A DNA stretch of 10,390 bases from Zygophlyctis sp. KS116 (lineage: Eukaryota; Fungi; Chytridiomycota): contig BAAFSQ010000327.1 in the NCBI GenBank assembly GCA_054661495.1, positions 1 to 10,390 on the forward strand, written 5' to 3'. Both the position numbers and the translations under genes were made by a program. Positions 6,287 to 10,390 of the stretch are shown here, piece after piece (the first letter of the stretch is position 1; every line of letters begins with the position of its first letter). Under the pieces are notes generated by a model. It was not told the origin of the DNA. It worked only from the letters and a program-made list of their open reading frames with translations, and did no database searches.

Positions 6287-9200
6287 CTAGTGAAAAAAGT
6301 ATTTTGAATTTCTAATAGAGCTTATATCAAATTGACCTTTAGGTGGTGGATCATCAAAGACTAGAGGAACCCAGGCTTTTAATTTTTTAACTTTTGAACA
6401 GTTCTTTCTGATTCCCATTGCTTTCAAGGAATTACCAAGTTCAATTGATAAATGACTAGGAATTTCTATAGTTTGAAGAACGTAATGATTTGAATATCGA
6501 GCTTCAAATTCAGATTTTAAAAATCTTAAAAGAGGTTGGTTATGGAGAGTTATAAACTCTTCTCGGATTATTGAAGACATTATTTCAACATCACATGCAT
6601 GGGTCCAATATGAATCATGAACTGAAGCAAATGTAAGTCCTGCTTCTTGACATATAATAGCAGATAACATCATATGACATGCATCCAAAGAATGAATAAA
6701 GTTTGGGGGGAATGCAGTAGACTGTTTTTGAGCATTCACAGGCTGTGGTACTGCAGGATCAGTCACATTAAAAGATTGAAGTACGGTATCAACCTAAATA
6801 TTAATAATCTTAGAATTACATCTTGACTTTTGAAATAGCGATATGGCTGGACTATTGGGAGTCCAATTGGAGAGGTCCAAGATACACTTTCCATTCTAGC
6901 AGGTCTAGATTTAGATGATTTATCTGGATTTTTTGAGTTGAAGTCGTCAAAGATTTCTAAAACATCTTCTTCATTATCCAAAATAGCAGATTCTAACAAA
7001 TTATCTGCATCAGAAGTAGAATCAATTTTTCTTTCTTCAGCACTCTTTATGATTTCTCTTCGAACTAGTTCTTCTGTTACTCTTAATGCATTTTCTGGTA
7101 ATTGTGAGGCCTCGACACTGATGGATATCAATTTAGCAGCTTTATTAAGCCATAACTGTGTATTCTTGGCACCAGAAAACATTTCACCCATGCATTTAAA
7201 TATGTTTTTTGTGATGTAATATGAGCACTTTTGGATTTCCTCTTCTGTTAGAGGAGCAACTTCATCAACCAATCTCGCCTCTTTAAGTCGACTAGCGACT
7301 TGCCTGCGGGCTCCAACAAATGTTACTCCATATGTATTTGTCATTACTGTTTGCTTAACTAGCTTTCTGTTTACACGATATTTCATTAAATTAGCTTCTG
7401 GAACGTCAAGTAAGGCGTCTTCATTCACCTGTTTCTGGACAGCAGCAGCAACAGCTGTATACAAATCTTGTGGAGCATCAGAAGGTATCATATTGACTTG
7501 CTTTGCACCTAAAGCATCTCCTCCAAGAGCTGCATAATGCTGTAGCCCATTACAAGTCCCATCTTGATGAATTGGAATATGCGAAATGAAGTCATCGGGA
7601 TTAGGACTTTTCAAGGCAGCTGATAATTCAAAACAGACAGCAAGACACTGCCAGGGGTCCTCGGCTGTCAACCACCATCTTTTCCCATCAAAAGGATGCT
7701 TGGCTGAATCAAAAACGTCCTCTAGATGTTTGTCAATAAATGCAACACGCTGCTCAAACGAATGCTTGTCGTAACCCATAAGATTAGCAACTTGGATCTT
7801 CAACCACATTAACCCATTTGGTCCTAATGGCTTCCCATTCGCAAAAATCAATAAACCTCTGCATAAATCATTACCTAAATGATTCAAGTGTGGCGGCATG
7901 GGATAAGCACGTCCTCTAAAATCCATATTATGAGGAAAATAGATCACTTCATTTCGAAACTTCACGTTAATAAATCAATAACATACTGCTTTCGCGACTT
8001 CGATTTTGTAATGGACGTCACAGCGTTGTGAAAAATTGTTTTGGATCACTTGCTGATGCTTTTTTAGTTCTAACTTATATTGTCTGATTACTGTTGGCTC
8101 CTTAATACTGCTATTCGGCTTCGTTGGTGGCGGCAAATCGATTTTAGCTGGAAGATGTGGTGCATCAATAGCTCTAGTCCAAAATTGTAACACAACGGCT
8201 AAAACTTTTGAGTTGATCTTCCAAGCTGTAGACCCCAAAACATCTAAAGCCTTTAGAATTGAATCCAAATTATGATTTTTATCAGCCGCTACAATTTGTC
8301 GACGATGTTCAGGATTGAAATCCAAACGAATTACATCATCTCGCTGAGAAAGATATCCACCAGAGTTCCACCTCACCCAAGGAGCCGGATGTGTTATCAT
8401 CGGAAGAAACCAGGGCTGGGTCTGCAATGGCTGCTGCAGAATTAGGTCATACAGTGCAGGATGGTATTCAATATAGCCAGCCGATTTACCATTTGAGCCT
8501 TGGATTATTTTATGTGTGAATGCGGGCTCATCTTTGACACTAAAATTAAGTTTGATAACTAGTTACATCTGATCCTTCGGGTCATCTGGATCATCAAATT
8601 TGACAGAAATCAATGCACACTTTATCAATTCATTCGCCAATTCAGTTCCAATCTAGACCATTTAATTTGGAGCAATTACCTCTACTAACGTTTTATTCGC
8701 CCAAAAAGGGGTCCATTCAACACTATGCGTTTCTTGTAAATCTTTAGCAATTTTCCTGATTGCAATATTAAATAATTTTCCATTAGCATGCAGTTTATGA
8801 AGATTATAATTCATTTTAATCTATATTTTTAGAAAACTGGGAAATTACCAATCCTTTATTCTTTTTCAATTGTCTCAGGTTATATTCCCGTTCAATTGAT
8901 TTCCCAATCCCCAAAACTACCGCTAATGATTTCCGAAGTCCATTTTTCTCTTTAAGCGTCCCATCTTCATCATCTCTTCTAGCCTGAAGTTTTAAAAATT
9001 CAGCAATAGTTATCCTAGAGAGTGTCGCCACTGGTAAAAGTTTTAAAAAAGTTATTTTTGTAACTGATTTTTCATCAATTGCTGCTGATAAAGCTTTTAG
9101 ACGATTTTCAATGGCTGGAATTAACATTTTATTCCATTCCCAGACTAAGTTGGAAGGTAAATGAGTAATTTTCCTAATGCCTTCCGGTAAATTTTTCATA

Positions 9201-10054
9201 AATTCCCCAACCTCTTCTAAAGCAGCAGCATGTGCTCTTTCTTCCAGCCACAGTTGTTTTTCATAATCTGTTTCATGCTGTGTTGATGCCAATTCTCCCA
9301 AAGTTTTCTTCAAAATCTTTAATCCTATTGCACCAGACTGCACAACTTCCTTTTTCTTCCCTCTTAAGACTTCTAAATATGACTGTGTTTCTTCTTCTAT
9401 TGAAATTGGCTTTTTACCATCATATTCATCTTCAATAGCGCTTTTTAAAATTTCATGAGAGAGTAAACTTTGATGGCGTAAAGCTGGATAATCATTTAGT
9501 AACGATTTTAGTTCTAAATCATATTCCTTTATACCATCAAAATTCACTAATTTATCTATATCCAATCCATACTTTTCATAATCTTTGATTAAATGTCTAA
9601 TCTTTGATAAATTTCCTTCTTTAAAGAATGCAACTATTAGTAGTCCAAAAGTCTCAATATTCGGACAAGATCCTATTTCCGCAATCCGATTATACCAATC
9701 CCATGCCCTTTGAGAGTTTCCCTTTGATTCCGAATGTTTCCCCGACAAATGCGATTTAATGAATGCATTAATGAGAGGAATATGATCTTCACCCTTGATA
9801 TCCAATGGATTTGTTTTCCAAGTTCTATTAAATAACACTTCTGCCTGTTTCAATTTATCTTCGTTTAAAGAAATTGCCATCAAAGAAAGTCTTTCTTGAA
9901 CAGTAGATGAATCCACTCCCTTGACTCTAAAGTTTAATGACTTTCTAGGATTCAGATTTTTCTTTAAAAACAATTTAGAAAATGCAAGAGGAGATTGCAT
10001 TACTGATAAGGTTGAACAAAATTTTATTTTCAACTTGAAAAATTTGTTTAGCAT
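6287..10054 (-). CDS. RPO41: Nuclear-encoded mitochondrial DNA-directed RNA polymerase (T3/T7-type), about 1210 aa; exons 10054-8849, 8820-8680, 8652-8567, 8539-7987, 7959-6820, 6793-6287
   Basis: FPHNMDFRGRAYP, motif A PIHQDGTCNGLQHYAALGGD, motif B RKLVKQTVMTNTYGVT, WTSPIGLPIVQPY, AFPPNFIHSLDA, motif C FASVHDSYWTH, C-terminal YFFH. The basic, acid-free N-terminus (MLNKFFKLKIKF...) resembles a presequence. The start could instead be the ATG at 10000. Spliced length from 10054 is 3633 nt (1211 codons). Confidence 0.95.
6794..6819 (-). other. Spliceosomal intron, 26 nt (RPO41 intron 5)
   Basis: GTAATTCTAAGATTATTAATATTTAG; joins YFKSQD to VDTVLQSFNVTDP. Confidence 0.92.
7960..7986 (-). other. 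Spliceosomal intron, 27 nt with in-frame stop (RPO41 intron 4)
   Basis: GTATGTTATTGATTTATTAACGTGAAG; joins EVAKA to FRNEVIYFPHN. Confidence 0.92.
8540..8566 (-). other. Spliceosomal intron, 27 nt with in-frame stop (RPO41 intron 3)
   Basis: GTAACTAGTTATCAAACTTAATTTTAG; joins DPKDQI to VKDEPAFTH. Confidence 0.88.
8653..8679 (-). other. Spliceosomal intron, 27 nt with in-frame stop (RPO41 intron 2)
   Basis: GTAATTGCTCCAAATTAAATGGTCTAG; joins WANKTLVE to IGTELANELI. Confidence 0.88.
8821..8848 (-). other. Spliceosomal intron, 28 nt (RPO41 intron 1)
   Basis: GTAATTTCCCAGTTTTCTAAAAATATAG; joins KKNKGL to IKMNYNLHKLHANGKLFN. Confidence 0.88.
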
Positions 10055-10174
10055 CGAAAAGTGCAAAATGCAAAAAATATATTGTTTTTTATTTTTAAAT
10101 AAGATTGTGTTGTAGAGATATTTTACGTCTTTAAGAGCAACCATTGAAACACTGTATCATTGGTAGAATCATTA

Positions 10175-10390
10175 TTAGAACGAGTACCATGGGATGCGGT
10201 CAAGGTAGAGAGGTTCCAATAGAATTTTGATGAAAAATTCCAATCTCAAGAAAGAATTGGAAATTCTATTAAAACTGGAAACCTTTATCAAGGAAAAGAT
10301 CCAAATGGAATCATGCAACAGGTCTGGTTGTTGGCCTTTAATATTCTCAAAGAACTTAGAGAATTAGATAAAGAATTTATTTACCTTAGA
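10175..10390 (-). CDS. Possible 3' end of an upstream gene (unknown product), with a candidate 30-nt intron at 10384-10355
   Basis: AAG|GTAAATAAATTCTTTATCTAATTCTCTAAG matches the local intron pattern (GTA donor, CTAAT branch, AAG acceptor, 30 nt). It is followed by an open frame FFENIKGQQPDLLHDSIWIFSLIK...LEPLYLDRIPWYSF* ending at 10175. Phase and identity are uncertain. Confidence 0.35.

Noticed and set aside
7960-8679. Stop-codon reassignment (in-frame TAA/TGA in RPO41)
   Set aside because: The stops fall inside 27-nt introns, and TAA, TAG and TGA are all used as true terminators in this window.
990-8848. Pseudogenes, sequencing frameshifts or programmed frameshifting to explain the split ORFs
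   Set aside because: Every break coincides with an AT-rich GTA...AG segment of 23-30 nt whose removal restores the frame and conserved motifs.
778-8848. Introner/transposon origin of the tiny introns
   Set aside because: The introns share no sequence similarity beyond splice signals and show no terminal inverted repeats or consistent target-site duplications.
6287-10144. Phage T7-like or linear-plasmid RNA polymerase
   Set aside because: It has five spliceosomal introns, a presequence-like N-terminus and nuclear housekeeping neighbours, so it is ordinary RPO41.
10055-10144. RPO41 start at ATG 10144
   Set aside because: The extra 30 codons look like AT-rich spacer. ATG 10054 or 10000 gives a better presequence-like start, although 10144 is not formally excluded.
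10189-10390. + strand gene (MGCGQ... or frame NFDEKFQSQERIG...ELRELDKEFIYLR)
   Set aside because: The open frame lacks an upstream in-frame ATG, and joining it would need an 18- or 46-nt intron with a GTAGAG donor unlike the local pattern. It cannot be resolved at the window edge.

Overview
AT-rich, very gene-dense eukaryotic nuclear DNA, most likely from an early-diverging fungus, probably chytrid-like (inferred from the fungal NST1 family plus a Crinkler-like gene). The fragmented ORF track is explained by 14 tiny GT-AG introns of about 25-30 nt. Removing them by hand rebuilds five genes: (1) a Crinkler-like (CRN) ubiquitin-like-header protein with a 21-bp tandem-repeat coiled coil and an unrecognised C-terminal domain (- strand, 906 to off the left edge, mostly missed by the ORF track); (2) RMD5/GID2 RING E3 subunit (-, 990-2128); (3) eIF2-gamma/GCD11 (+, 2324-3759); (4) NST1 (-, 3812-6076); (5) mitochondrial T7-type RNA polymerase RPO41 (-, 6287 to about 10054). 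The most unusual signal is the splicing system itself: uniformly ultrashort introns, a GTAWTT donor consensus that has nearly lost +5G, TAG/AAG but never CAG acceptors, no consistent polypyrimidine tract, and several in-frame stop-free introns. Also notable are the hidden CRN-like gene and a GC-rich, potentially structured divergent spacer with an upstream ORF. All gene models were derived by manual reading; no database search was run.
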